The notes under the pieces are model-generated. The model was given only the letters and a program-made list of their open reading frames with translations, was not told the origin of the DNA and did not search any database. From the NCBI GenBank assembly GCA_000092065.1, contig CP000601.1: 64,000 bases of DNA. One strand, 5' to 3'. Below, one piece after another: positions 31,360-43,400 of the stretch. Numbering within the stretch: the stretch's first letter is position 1; each line of letters begins with the position of its first letter. A program made the translations under genes and the position numbers. Origin of the DNA: Ostreococcus lucimarinus. Taxonomy: Eukaryota.

Positions 31360-33927
31360 CTACTTGTACAGAAACGCCACACCGCTCAAGAGTGGGGCGC
31401 GGGATTGCGCCAGGGTGGCGTACACGGTGACGGATCCGCGCTCGCGCGCGGGGGACACGCAGTCGATTTCAATGTTTTCGCCCTGCGCCGAAGCGACGGT
31501 TTCGACGACGGCGACTCCCGCGGGGCGGGCTTGGACGCGCGTGGAACCAAAGTGGCACGTAAGCATCTCACTCGCGACGGCGATGGAGAGCGTGGCGCGA
31601 ACTGGCGTGCCGCCGAATGTCCAACCGCTCGCCGCGTCGACGGCGGACATGTACGATTGCGCCATGGACGTCAACGCCACGCGCGTGTGCGAGGCGGAGG
31701 CGGTCGATCCGGTGGGTAATGCTTTGGTGGAATCGCACTCTTCGAAACACGGCGTCACCCAACGCTCGACCACACCCGTGGACTCTGCGAGCGGAGACTC
31801 GCACATGATCAACGCGCTCGAAACAACGACGCCACCAGAGACGCCGGCGCCGCCGCCGAACACGCACAGCGATTTCGCGGAATCTATCGTTCCCTCGACG
31901 TGCGTGGATATGAGATTCGATCCCGTGATTGATATCACGTCTACCGGTCCCCAGGTCTGGCGCGGATGCGCGCCAGTAACCGCGTGGTCTTCCTTGACTA
32001 ACAAAATCGCCGGCGGATCGAGCGACGCCGCGGCGGCGTCGCGCGCCAATCGCACGACGACGAAGCCTGGGGACAGGAGTGCGGGCGTCGGACAGTGCAC
32101 TGAGGGTGCGACGTACGTACCGACAGTGGCATTTAAATTTCCTGAACCGAACACGCACTTCAAAGTTCCCACGGACAACGTCCCGAGCTGTTGATGATCC
32201 CCGACGATTATTTTCGCCGTCGCCGCAGCGAGGTATGTCGTCGCCGGCGTCAACCACAACGGCGGCGCGACGTACGCCGACGTCGTCTCCGCGGTGACTG
32301 GAATAGTCAACCCGTACTGTACTAAATCTACCGACTCCGTCGCCCCGAACCCGAGCATGAGCGCGCTCTGCGACGGCTTCAACGCCGGTGTCACACATTC
32401 GGCAACTGTCCCGCTCATATATCGCGCGTGCACGGGACCGACGGCACCGAAATGACATCCCGAATACGCTCGACTCTCGCCTTCGTCGGGATACGACGTC
32501 CCAGTGACTTGTAACGCCACGCCACCCTGATGCGTGATCGTCAGCACGTCCACGCTCGTGATCGTTGGCACCGCCACGGGGGCGACGTACACGGAGCGAA
32601 CCACCGCGTTCGCGTCGGCGCTACAGCTAATTTTCACCTCTCCCGATGTCCAAGTCGGGGTGTCCAAACACCGCGCGATAGCGCTAGATACGTACACCAA
32701 TCGTGAAGTCGAGGCATCGGGATAGGTGCACACGCAACCGTCATCATAATCGAAAGAAAAACCTGAACCTCTAACGAAGAAATTGCCGCCGAGGACGACG
32801 TCAAACGGCGTCGCGCCGCTCGCGACGTCTAGCGTCGGATTCATCACCACCAAGCTCTGTGCCTCTTCCGCGGGCTCAAGTGGGTCGGTTGTCTGTCGCG
32901 TTGTTTCGGTAAACGCCACGTTCACGGTCGTCGTGAGTACGAAGCGACCGTTGCCGATGCCCAAGCGCAACGGCACGCTCGCCGCCGCCGCGCGCGCGGG
33001 CGAGTAGCACGTCGCCGTCTTCGACGCCGTCACGCGCGCGTCGATGGGGCCTATCGTGCCAAAGAAGCAACTCAAAAAGTCTCCGTCGTCCTCCCCGCCG
33101 ACGGTGCTAAAACCGTTCCCCGTGACCAACACGGGCGTGCCGCCCGTGACGTTGACGCTCGACGTGGCGCTCGTGAGCGAAAAGTCATTCGTCTCCAACA
33201 CAAATCCCAACACTCCGCGCGATCGCGGAGGTATGGAAACCGTCTGATTCGCCGTCGTCGCCGCGAGCGCATTCGCGTCGTACTCGCTCTGCGACGCCGT
33301 GAACGTCGCGATCACCATGGACGAAATCTCCCCGCTCGTCAGCGGCGGCGTCTCGCATCGAATCAACGCGCTCGACACCACGTCCACCCCCACGTGCGTC
33401 ACCGGCTTCGTCCATCGCACGCTCACCGCCTCGTGCAAGTGCTTCCCTTGCAAATAAAACACCTCTCCCCCGATCTCCGGCGCGTCCGTCGGGTACGCGT
33501 TCGTCACCGACATCTGTTTCGCGAAATTAAACGTCTCGCCGTTTTCATTCATCGGCGCCGTCGTCGCCGCTCGGTTCGCCCTTCGCAGCGTCAGCCCCAC
33601 GCTCACGAACCCTCCTCGATCGTCCGCGTGCCTCGGGCTCAGGCACACCATCGTCGCGTGCCCGCTCTGCGTCCCCTTCGACGTCGGCGCGACGACGGCG
33701 TCGTCGAACGCGCACGCCGCGTCCGCGCTCCCGCCGTACCCCTCGCCCGCGAGCGTCACCAGCGTCCCGCCCACCGCCGGCCCGACCTCGGGCGTCACGC
33801 AGTCGATCGACATCGACGCCCCCGGGCGCAGCGCGACGACGCACGACCACGACGCCGCGATCAGCGCGCGCGCGAGCGCCGTCGCCGCGACGCCGCGACG
33901 CCGCTTCGCTCGACTCGACCGCGGCAT
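31360..33927 (-). CDS. Secreted or cell-surface protein with ~8 tandem IPT/TIG-like (Ig-fold) repeats and an N-terminal signal peptide
   Basis: The repeats follow the pattern C-x-FG...C-x-(T/S)P, e.g. LSCFFGTIGPIDARVTASKTATCYSP, GCHFGAVGPVHARYMSGTVAECVTPAL, KCVFGSGNLNATVGTYVAPSVHCPTPAL and LTCHFGSTRVQ...EIDCVSPA. The signal-like N-terminus MPRSSRAKRRRGVAATALARALIAASWSCVVALRPGA begins at 33927. Confidence 0.55.
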   Translation of the reverse strand: MPRSSRAKRRRGVAATALARALIAASWSCVVALRPGASMSIDCVTPEVGPAVGGTLVTLAGEGYGGSADAACAFDDAVVAPTSKGTQSGHATMVCLSPRHADDRGGFVSVGLTLRRANRAATTAPMNENGETFNFAKQMSVTNAYPTDAPEIGGEVFYLQGKHLHEAVSVRWTKPVTHVGVDVVSSALIRCETPPLTSGEISSMVIATFTASQSEYDANALAATTANQTVSIPPRSRGVLGFVLETNDFSLTSATSSVNVTGGTPVLVTGNGFSTVGGEDDGDFLSCFFGTIGPIDARVTASKTATCYSPARAAAASVPLRLGIGNGRFVLTTTVNVAFTETTRQTTDPLEPAEEAQSLVVMNPTLDVASGATPFDVVLGGNFFVRGSGFSFDYDDGCVCTYPDASTSRLVYVSSAIARCLDTPTWTSGEVKISCSADANAVVRSVYVAPVAVPTITSVDVLTITHQGGVALQVTGTSYPDEGESRAYSGCHFGAVGPVHARYMSGTVAECVTPALKPSQSALMLGFGATESVDLVQYGLTIPVTAETTSAYVAPPLWLTPATTYLAAATAKIIVGDHQQLGTLSVGTLKCVFGSGNLNATVGTYVAPSVHCPTPALLSPGFVVVRLARDAAAASLDPPAILLVKEDHAVTGAHPRQTWGPVDVISITGSNLISTHVEGTIDSAKSLCVFGGGAGVSGGVVVSSALIMCESPLAESTGVVERWVTPCFEECDSTKALPTGSTASASHTRVALTSMAQSYMSAVDAASGWTFGGTPVRATLSIAVASEMLTCHFGSTRVQARPAGVAVVETVASAQGENIEIDCVSPARERGSVTVYATLAQSRAPLLSGVAFLYK

Positions 33928-34147
33928 CTTCTTCAACGTTTCGCGCCTCGCGCGCGCGATCGGCGCTCGCGCGCGCGACTCGGACGCCATCAGACGCGCA
34001 CAAAGATACGTGTGCGCGTTCGCATCGCGCGTTCGAGCGCGCGCGAGGGCGCGCGCGTCGCGGAGTCGCGAATTTGTGACGAATTTCCGTTGACTCATCG
34101 GGACGATCTGCACTCGACGACGCGACGCGACGCGCGCGCGCGGCGAC

Positions 34148-37100
34148 ATGGCGCCGTTTCTCGGTGGTATGCGCGGCCTGACGGTGTTCGTGCAAGACGT
34201 GCGGAACTGCAGTAATAAGGTGCGGCGAGCGCGCGCGCGCGAGGGATGACGACGACGGGCGAGGGCATTCGATCGAACGAAACGACGCGCGGTGACGCGT
34301 TGAGCGGCGAGAGCGCGAGAGAGAGGCGCGCGGACTGACGACGAGGGTCGCGCGCGTCGCGAACGCGAACGCAGGAGCAAGAGCGCGCGCGCGTGGAGAA
34401 GGAACTGGCGAATATTCGACGGAAATTCAATAAGACCCACCGCGCGCTCACGGCGTACGAACGGAAAAAGTACGTGCTGAAGCTGCTGTACATATACATG
34501 CTCGGGTATAACGTGGACTTTGGACACACCGAGGCGCTGAAGTTGATATCGGCGTCGTCGTACGCGGAGAAACAGGTTGGGTACATGACGACGTCGGTGA
34601 TATTGAACGAGAGAAACGAGTTTTTGAGAATGGCCATCAATAGCATACGCACGGATGTGATCTCGAGCAATGAGACGAATCAGTGCTTGGGGTTGTCGTG
34701 CATCGCGAACGTCGGGGGGCGGGAGTTCGCGGATTCGTTAGCTGGGGACGTGGAGACGATTGTGATGACGCCGACGATTCGGCCGGTGGTTCGGAAAAAG
34801 GCGGCGCTGTGTCTGTTGAGGTTGTTTCGTAAGAATCCTGAAATTTTACTCGCGGAAACGTTCGCGTCAAAAATGACCGACTTACTCGACGCCGAGCGCG
34901 ATTTGGGGGTGCTCATGGGCGTCTTGGGTTTGTTGCTGGGTCTCGTGCAGCACGATTACCGAGGGTACGAGGCGTGCGTGCCCAAGGTCATCGCGTTGTT
35001 GGAACGATTGACGAGGAATAAGGACATTCCGCCCGAGTATTTGTACTACGGTATTCCCTCTCCATGGTTACAGGTGAAGTGCATGAAGATTTTGCAGTAC
35101 TTTCCCACACCAGACGATCAGGCGCTGCTCGATTCGCAGCTCATCGCCATGCGAAACATCCTCACCAAGACGGACACGGTGAAAAACTTCAATAAGAACA
35201 ATGCGCTGCACGCCATCTTGTTCGAGGCGATCAATTTAGTTACTAGCATGGACTACGCGCACGAACTGTTGGACCCGTGCGTGGAGATTCTCGGGAATTT
35301 TCTCGACATGAAGGAACCGAATATTCGCTACTTGGCTCTCAACACGCTCAACGCCCTCGCGGCGATGGCGGATTTGCGAGAAGCCATAAAGGTGTACCAA
35401 GAGCAAGTCGTGGCTGCGTTGCACGACGCGGACATTTCCATTCGTCGCCGCGCGTTGACTTTATTGTTTTCTATGTGCGATGCTTCCAACGTGCACTCTG
35501 TCATCGAGGAGCTCATCAAGTACTTCGTCACCGCTGATTTTGACATTCGCGAGGAACTGGCGCTCAAAACGGCCATCTTGGCCGAGCGCTACAGCGTGAA
35601 CGATCGCATGTGGTTCATTGAGATCGCGATGCAAATGATAGACAAGGCGGGCGATTTCATCAACGACGACTTGTGGCATCGCATGGTGCAAATCGCAACC
35701 AACGACGCGTCGCTTCACGGTCGCACGGCGCAATTGATGTTCGTCAAGTTGCGCGACGAGGGCGCGTCGAACGAACTCATGCTTCGCGCGATGTCGTACT
35801 GCATCGGAGAGTTTGGGTATTTGCTTCCCATTCCCGCGTCGCAGTACGTCGATCTCTTAGTGCCACTGTTCCAGGATACGGATGAGGTCACGCAGGGCAT
35901 CATGCTCACAGCCTTCGTCAAGGTTGCGATGCACAAGAATTGCGATCAGGCGTCGATGGGTAAGATCGTGAAGGTGTTCACCGACATGAGCTCATCGTTT
36001 GACGTCGAGTTGCAGCAACGTGCAAACGAATATCTGAAGCTCTTGCGTCTCGGACCGAACATGCGACCGATTCTCGAGCCCATGCCCGAGTACCCTGAAC
36101 GTTCGAGCGTGTTGGAGAAGCACATACAAGTAGAAAACGTCGCCTCGGACGTCGCCGCGGGAGTTCGTAAACTTGCCATGAGTGGTGTCGTGACGGCGAG
36201 AGAGCAACCCCGCGCTCAGGCGCGGTCGGCGCCGGCGCTTCCTGCAGCCGCAGCACCGCCGGTCGATGCCGTCACAGATTTGCTCGGCAACTTGATGGGC
36301 GACGGATCTTCGGCGCCGGCGGCGCTTCCGCCGTCGTCGACTGGGATGAATCTCGACGAGCTTCTCGGAAACGCCCCTCCCGCACTTCCAGCGGTAGAAG
36401 AGCGTCTCGCACTTCCGAGTTCCACGTCACCTCCCGCGGGGCCGGTGACGACCACATCGTCCGCAGACGCTTTAGACGATTTACTAGGCTTAGGCGCGCT
36501 CGCGGCGACGCAACCGCCGCCGGCGACGCACGGCGACGCCTTAGACGCCTTTGGAGCTCTGGGTGCGCCGGCGCCCGCGGCGCCGGCACCGACGCAACCC
36601 GTGGCACCGGTACAATCATTGACGTCGAGCGACGGTATTCAACCCACGGTGAACGTTCAAGACTGCGCGAAACGGTTCCTCATCGCCGACAACGGCTTGC
36701 TGTATGAAGACGCGAACGTACAGATTGGCGTGAAATCGCAGTGGCAAGGGTCTCAAGGTCGCGTGATGTTCTACGTTGGGAACAAGTCCGCGAGCGCGGA
36801 TCTGCAAAACTTCAGAATGGTCATACCGTCGATCGAAGGCTTGCGTCACAGTCTTCAACCCTTCCCCGCGTCCATCGGACCGAAGCGCCAGGTGCAGTTG
36901 ATGTTGCAAGTAGCGATTACGTCGGCGTTTGCCTCGGCGCCAAAACTCGAGTTTTCGTACACGTCCACCGCCGTCGCGGCGGCGTGTGCCAGGTCTCTGG
37001 AGTTGCCCGTACGTGTGACCAAGTTTTTGAGCCCGATGACCATCGCTTCGCCGCAAGAGTTCATCGCCAAGTGGCACCAGATGGCGTCCGCCGGGCAGCA

Positions 37101-37383
37101 ACAGAAAATTATGGACGTGTCGCAGCAGTACGCGACGAGCATCGAAAGCGTGTCAAACGCCTTCTCGGGCATGCGGCTCGTCGTACATAAAGGCTTAGAT
37201 CCAAACCCCGCAAACTTAATCGCGGGAAGCCGGTTCGTCGGCGAACGATGCGGTGAAGTCTTTGTGGGCGTTCGCGTGGAGAGCGACGCGAACGTGCGCG
37301 GACGATATAGATTCACCGTCGCTTCGATGGACGCCGTCGCGGCGGCTGCGGTCATGGATACGATCGTTACCGCACTCCAATAG
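34148..37383 (+). CDS. AP-2 adaptor complex subunit alpha (alpha-adaptin). Predicted 2 exons, 34148..34219 and 34375..37383.
   Basis: Exon 1 MAPFLGGMRGLTVFVQDVRNCSNK joins exon 2 EQERARVEKELANIRRKF. Together they match the metazoan [44 protein letters not shown]. An adaptin N-terminal trunk and a C-terminal appendage domain follow. Confidence 0.85.
34220..34374 (+). other. Predicted intron (155 nt, phase 0)
   Basis: Donor is AAG|GTGCGGCGAGCG, branch is CGGACTGACGACGAGGGTCG at 34332-34350, and acceptor is GAACGCAG|GAG. Confidence 0.7.
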
Positions 37384-37469
37384 AATAGCGCGAAAGGCTT
37401 TCTTTTCTTGTCAATTCTAAGTCGTCTCGTTCACAACATTTCTATATCGTCGCTTTCTATATCGTCGCT

Positions 37470-38337
37470 TTACTCGTTCAAGTCTCGCGGCGCCCCAGCG
37501 GCTCCCTCGACAGCCGCCCCCGCGTCGCGCCGCGCGCGTCGCGCCGCACGCGTTTGCACCCCATCCGTGTCGACTAATCTCTGCCGCGTACCGAACAAAG
37601 CGCACACGATTGCGGGCGTTTTCAACGGCTCCCTCCCCGTCATCTCCGGATACACGTCCTTCAAAAAGTAATACGCGTGTCCGGCGATCATTCCTAGCGC
37701 ATCCGTGATCGGCTGCGATCCGATCAAGGTGGAAAAAATCAGCAACACCCACGGTAAATACGGCGCCGTGAAGTTGAACAACCCCAAAAACGACATCTGC
37801 GTCGCCGCGTTTCTCCGTCCCCACACGTACACCATCATAAACGTCAGGCTCGTCCCCAAAAATTGCACGTTGACGAACGGCGCGAACGCCGTCAACAGCG
37901 TCCCCCCGAACAGCAGCATGTAAAAGAAATCGCACGACCGTCCCTGAAACGACCCTTCCTCGAGCATTCGACAGTACCGGCTCAGGAAGAACATGTGAAA
38001 CACGAAGTCGACGCCGAGCGAGCCGAAGAAGAAGAAATTCGTCACCAACCGCCACAGCTCGTACTCTTGAAATATCAGCTTACTGTTGAAGTACACGTTC
38101 AGCGGCGAGATCAACTGCGTCGAGTCGCGCGCGCGCGTCGTCAGTCTCCCGCCGTTCGCGCGCGTCGCCCCCTTCGCCGCGCGAATCGAATCTTCGTCGC
38201 TCGGCGTCGAATCCAATCGAGCGCTTCCGTCGACGCACCTCGAGCGCGCAGCCCACGGTGACGGCGAACGTCAGCGTGAGGTACATGCGCGTCACCGTCG
38301 GCACGCTCGCGTACCACTCCTCGAGCGTGTTCGCCAT
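37470..38337 (-). CDS. Derlin (Der1-like ERAD component). Predicted 2 exons, 38239..38337 and 37470..38114.
   Basis: Exon 1 MANTLEEWYASVPTVTRMYLTLTFAVTVGCALE joins exon 2 LISPLNVYFNSKLIFQEYELWRLVTNFFFFG...YCRMLEEGSFQGRSCDFFYMLLFGG. This matches Derlin-2 MAYQS..[57 protein letters not shown]. Confidence 0.85.
38115..38238 (-). other. Predicted intron (124 nt, phase 0)
   Basis: Donor is GAG|GTGCGTCGACGG, branch is GGGAGACTGACGACGCG and acceptor is CGACGCAG|TTG. Confidence 0.7.
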
Positions 38338-38436
38338 CGCGCGCGTCGCGCACTGTCGCGAACCGTCGCCGTCGGGACGAGACGAGCGGGACGACGACGA
38401 CGACACTTTACGACGACGCGCGCGGCGCGACGCGCC

Positions 38437-40047
38437 ATGGGCGGCGGACGCGACAAGCGGAAGAAAGTGGCGAAGAAGCTCGGCAAGGTGAGCGCGGATA
38501 AGCGTACGGGGGCGACGAAGACGGCGCTGAAACGAGAGAAGAATGCGGAAAAAAATCACAGACGGCTGGAGAGAGGACTGGTGGAGGATGACATCGACGC
38601 TATTTTAGCCGCGATGGCGATAGAGGACGCGCGGCGCGCGGAGGTGGAGGTGGAGAAGGATTGCCCGCGACCGCAGGCGCGAGGACACGCGTCGCTGACG
38701 GCGACTGTGGTTGGGAGAGGGAATGAGTTGATTTTGTACGGCGGCGAACGCGTGACGCCGGGGGATGAAAAATGCGTCGTGTACGGTGATTTGTATCGAT
38801 ACGACGTCGACCGCGATCGATGGACGAAGGTATCGAACGCGAAAGGACCGCATCCGAGGTCGGGACATCAGGCGTTGGCGTACGGGGGGTACGTGTACGT
38901 GTTCGGGGGAGAGTTTACGTCGCCGAATCAAGAGCGGTTTTTACACCATCGCGACTGCTGGAGATTTGATTTGGAGAGTAACATTTGGGAGGCAATGCCG
39001 GCGAAGGGAGGGCCAAGCGCGCGGTCGGGGCATAGGATGGCGATTTGGGGGAAGAAGGCGATCTTATTCGGCGGGTTTTACGACACTGGACGCGAGGTTC
39101 GGTATTACAACGACGCGTGGGAGTACGATTTCGAGAAGAGCGAGTGGAAGTGTCGGTGCGCGGGGGGCGAGGGAGCGCTCGGACCGAGTCCGCGCAGCGC
39201 GTGTCACGTGGGCGTGCACGATGACGCGTTCATCGTGTACGGAGGGTATTGTAAAAACGTTGACAACGACGGCGACGCCGACGAGGATCGTAGCGAACGC
39301 GGGACGACGTTTTCAGACGCTTGGAAGTTAGATTTAAAGACGTGGCGATGGGAAAAGCTGAAGCGACAAGGATTAGCGCCGAGCGCGCGCGCAGGGGCGT
39401 CGAGTGCGATGCACGCGTTGAAGAAGCGTTTAGTGTTGTTCGGCGGCGTCGTGGATCACGAGGTCAAGCGCGGCGACGTCATCGTCTCTGAGTTCTTCAC
39501 CGACGCGTACAACTTGAACATGGAGGCCAAGAAATGGTTCCCTGTCACCTTGTACGGCGAAGATAAGACGAAAACACACAAAGCGGGGAGCTTGGAAGAG
39601 GCCGAGCGCGTCGCCGCCGGGGACGTGGTGAACGAAAACTTTAATATTCGCAGCGAGGCGCACCGGGCGGCGATTAAGATTCAAGCTCACTTTCGCGGTT
39701 ATCAAGTTCGCAAGGCGTACAAGCTATACAAGGTCGGTGGCGTCGTGAGCGAGTTGCTGTACTCACCCGGAAGTGGAGAGGCGCCGCCGAAATCCCTCCC
39801 GAAACCTCGCGGACGAATCAACGCCGCCATAGCGATCAAGGCGAATAGCATGTACTTGTTCGGCGGCGTCGTCGAGCTCGGCGACGTAGAAGTTTCCCTC
39901 GACGACGTGTGGAAACTCGATCTCGGTAATCGTCCGAAATGGACGTGCATCACACCACTCAGCGACGAAGTGTCCGCACAACTCGCCGGCGGCGGCGCGG
40001 AATCCGATTCCGATTCCGACGACGGTTCGGGCTCCGACTCGGCGTGA
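38437..40047 (+). CDS. Kelch-domain-containing protein 4 (KLHDC4)-like, with a basic N-terminus and C-terminal IQ-like and acidic tail
   Basis: MGGGRDKRKKVAKKLGKVS parallels KLHDC4 MGKKGKKEKKGRGAEKT. Six Kelch blades are present (LILYGGE, GYVYVFGGEF, AILFGGFYD, FIVYGGY, LVLFGGV, MYLFGGV). The ATG at 38437 lies 99 bp from the Derlin ATG on the opposite strand. Confidence 0.75.
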   Translation: MGGGRDKRKKVAKKLGKVSADKRTGATKTALKREKNAEKNHRRLERGLVEDDIDAILAAMAIEDARRAEVEVEKDCPRPQARGHASLTATVVGRGNELILYGGERVTPGDEKCVVYGDLYRYDVDRDRWTKVSNAKGPHPRSGHQALAYGGYVYVFGGEFTSPNQERFLHHRDCWRFDLESNIWEAMPAKGGPSARSGHRMAIWGKKAILFGGFYDTGREVRYYNDAWEYDFEKSEWKCRCAGGEGALGPSPRSACHVGVHDDAFIVYGGYCKNVDNDGDADEDRSERGTTFSDAWKLDLKTWRWEKLKRQGLAPSARAGASSAMHALKKRLVLFGGVVDHEVKRGDVIVSEFFTDAYNLNMEAKKWFPVTLYGEDKTKTHKAGSLEEAERVAAGDVVNENFNIRSEAHRAAIKIQAHFRGYQVRKAYKLYKVGGVVSELLYSPGSGEAPPKSLPKPRGRINAAIAIKANSMYLFGGVVELGDVEVSLDDVWKLDLGNRPKWTCITPLSDEVSAQLAGGGAESDSDSDDGSGSDSA

Positions 40048-40438
40048 CTGCGAATCCGACGCCCCGTCGATCGACGGCGAAACCCGTCGGCGCGCGCCGC
40101 GCGCGCGGCGCCCGCGCCAAAAGTTGTAATATCACGTTACTCAAGCACCCTCGCGAACGCAACCGCGCGCTTCCGCACCGAATCCGTCGAATGTGGTTCT
40201 CGCGAGCCAGAGGGGGAAGGAACCGCGAGGACGGGGTCCCGCGCGTCAAACACCGCCGCCTCGCATCGCCGCGAACGCACCGTAAACGCGCCACGCGCGC
40301 GTCGGGCGATAGTACGCGTCGTGTTGAAAGCTCAACCGCGCGCGCGCGCGTGGCGCGCGTCGGTGCGCGACGCTCGTCGACGTAACGACCCCGCGGCATT
40401 CCGCAAATTCGCGAAATTCGGTGCAAAACCGACGCGGA

Positions 40439-43400
40439 ATGGACACGAATTGGACGCCAGCGACGCCCGCGCGCGCGCGTGCGGACGCACGAATCGCGTC
40501 GGATAAGGTGCTGTCGACAAAGGCGTTCGAGGACGCGCGGGTGAAGGATCACCGCGACGTGGAGCGGGAACGCGGGGTGTACCTGCCGCCGAGCGCGGAA
40601 GAGGCGGCGACGCACGCGGACAGCGCGCAGCCGAGACTGCTGAGCGAGGATGGGAAATTGGAAAAACTTAAATATTTTGACTCCGAAGTAGACTTGGGAT
40701 TGGAGTTCGGGGCGGGGGTATCGGGATACTTTTTCGTGCTGCGGGCGTTCGCGTGCTTGTTCTTCGCGGCGTTCGCGTTGAATTTGCCCGCGATGTTCAT
40801 TAATTACACGAGCACGTATTACGCGTCGCATTACGAAGCGGAGCCTGAAACCGCGACAGCGCCGACGGCGGACGCGCTCAGTGGACGCCCGACGACGTCG
40901 TTTCACTCGTGGTTCGTCGATTGGCACTGGGCGAATCCGATGAGCGCGAGCTTGGGGACCGTGGCGCCTGACGATGTGCCGCAACGAGCGTGGGTGCTCG
41001 CGGGGACAACGAGTGGGGTGCTGCGGTGGAGCTCCAGTAAGATAGATTTCATTCGATTTTCGGTGGTGATGGATGTCGTGGTGTCCTTGATAATTATATT
41101 GAGCGTTCCAGTGATTATGCTTGTGTTGATGCGTACGGAGCGACGGGTCGAGAGAGGGACGGCGACGTTGAAGGATTACACGGTATTAGTTACAGGATTA
41201 CCAAGCGATGCGACCGATGAAGAAGTGCGATGCTTTTTCGCGCTCAGGTTTGGGACGGTAGCCGACGTCGTGCTCGTAAAGACGGAGTGTATGCAAATCA
41301 ACGCGCAGCGACGGCGTCGGCGCTTGTTGGAGGATTACGACGAAGCCGAAGCTGCGCTCATCGCCGCAGGTAATCGCGGAGGTGACGGCACGAAGACGGC
41401 TATAGAAAACGAGATATTGGCTGTGGATAGGAAATTGAAGCGCAGAAGAGCGCGAACGCGGGCGAAACAGTGTAGTGCTTTCATCACGTTTGAAACCGAA
41501 GGCTCAAAGATTGATTGTATATTGCGCAACACGCGCAGTATAATGTCGTACATCTTTGCGTTTCCTAGGAAAGAGCGTTTCCGAGGAAAGCGGAAGTACA
41601 GAGTGCGAGATGCTCCCGAACCTGAGGACGTACGATTCGAGAATCTGAATCTCTCGAATCGCTCATGGCGTCGACTCGTCGTGCTATTCTCGTGCTCGGC
41701 CGTCGTGCTCTTGTGTTACGGCTTTTTGAAGATGCTCGTGGATGACAAGGAGAAGCTGTGGGAGAACGCAGACATGATGGTCACTACGCTTGCGGACGAT
41801 GTTGGCATTGTCGTCGCCCACGGTAATCCGGTTGAGCAATTCGAGACGCATAAGAATCAGTTCAGGACAGCATGCAGAGCTCGCTTGGACCAATGCGGCG
41901 TGGCTTTTTCCAAGGACAAAACGTACGTTGGCATGCCTTGGGGGGCGCCAATTTACGCTTTCTACGACTACCCCAACGCCACACTCTTAGATCGTCGTTA
42001 CGCTCAGCAGGATGCGGTTCGTGATTTGACGAATTGCGCCCAAGACACCAACCGTTGTCCGGGAGGTCCGACGATGCAAAACTGTCACGCGTGCTACTGC
42101 GCCAGTCTGAAGTACGGCTTAACTTCGGAGGTTGTTCGGGCATACAACAAAGCCATTCGCCACTCGTGCGCGAAATACGTGAACCTCGGTCCAGGAGAGT
42201 ATTACAACTGGTTGTGGGTGTCGTTTTGCATTACGCTCATGAACGTCCTCCTCGAATGGATTGTGCCCCTCCTCGTCGCCGCAGAACGTTTGCGCACGCG
42301 CAGTGCCACGAAGGTGCTCAAGACGAAAATAATCTTCTGGGTGCGATATTTGAACGTCGCGGTTATTTATGGCTTGCTCAACGCCAATTTCTATCACATT
42401 GGCAGGTATTTCCCGCTCATCAAGCAAATGTTTGGGCTCAAAGGCGAGTACGCAGATTTCACGAGCGAATGGTTCAACGACGTCGGCTTGGTGTTGTTTT
42501 TCGCAATCATGATGAGCGTGACGATACGTATTTTGGCTCGAGTACTTGTAGACATCATCACGCATGTCGGTCGAAAATTCTCCGTGGCGTACTGTCACAC
42601 GCAAGCAAAGCTGAACAAGGCGTTTGAAGGGCCATCGTTTGACACCGGCGCCAAGTGCGGCGACGTTTGCTTTACGATTATGGCGGCGATGACCTTTTCG
42701 AGCGGTATGCCGCTGATATACTTGGTTTTGTCGATGTACTTCGTGTTGGTGTACCTGTACGATTACCGCCTCCTGTTGAAAGTGTGCAAGTTGCCCGAAA
42801 GATCGAAGAGCACGCTTCCCATGACGGCGGCGAAGGTGCTTTTCATCTCAGTCTCGATTCACGCTCTCATCGGTCTTTGGATGTTCTCGTACCACTGGAC
42901 ACCTGATTTGGCGAAACCGACGAAAGACTTTGAACATTCGAGTAAGAACAATGCTCCTCCGCTTGCGTATGAGATTGGGGGTGAAATATTAAACCCGCCG
43001 CACGACAACGGCGCGCTCACGGCCATCGTGCAAAGCACCGGCGTCGCGACGACGTACTTTCATCAGTATCGCGACGCGACAGTCGGGGCGTTGTCGGCGG
43101 GAGATTTCGTCGCTCCACCGCCACGCGTACAGCTGCGTTTCGCAGAACGACCGTTCAGCGAAGCGGGGATGCCGTTCATGGGTATGTTCTTCGCCCTTTT
43201 GGGCGTCATGGGTTTGTGGCAAATCGCAGTCGCGTGGCATAACTGGGGCAAGTCGCGTCGAGACATCGCGCGCTCGTGGAAAAACTTACCTCAGTATCAC
43301 GAAGCCATCATGACCGGGTTAATCGTCGGTTCGGAGACGTACCGTCCCGAATATCAGCCCGATTACGCGTTCTTGTTCGACAAGAGCACTGTCGCGGCGG

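Noticed and set aside
39959-40984. 341-aa minus ORF spanning the Kelch 3' end, spacer and channel-like gene 5' end
   Set aside because: It crosses an intergenic spacer, is Arg-rich and has no conserved motifs.
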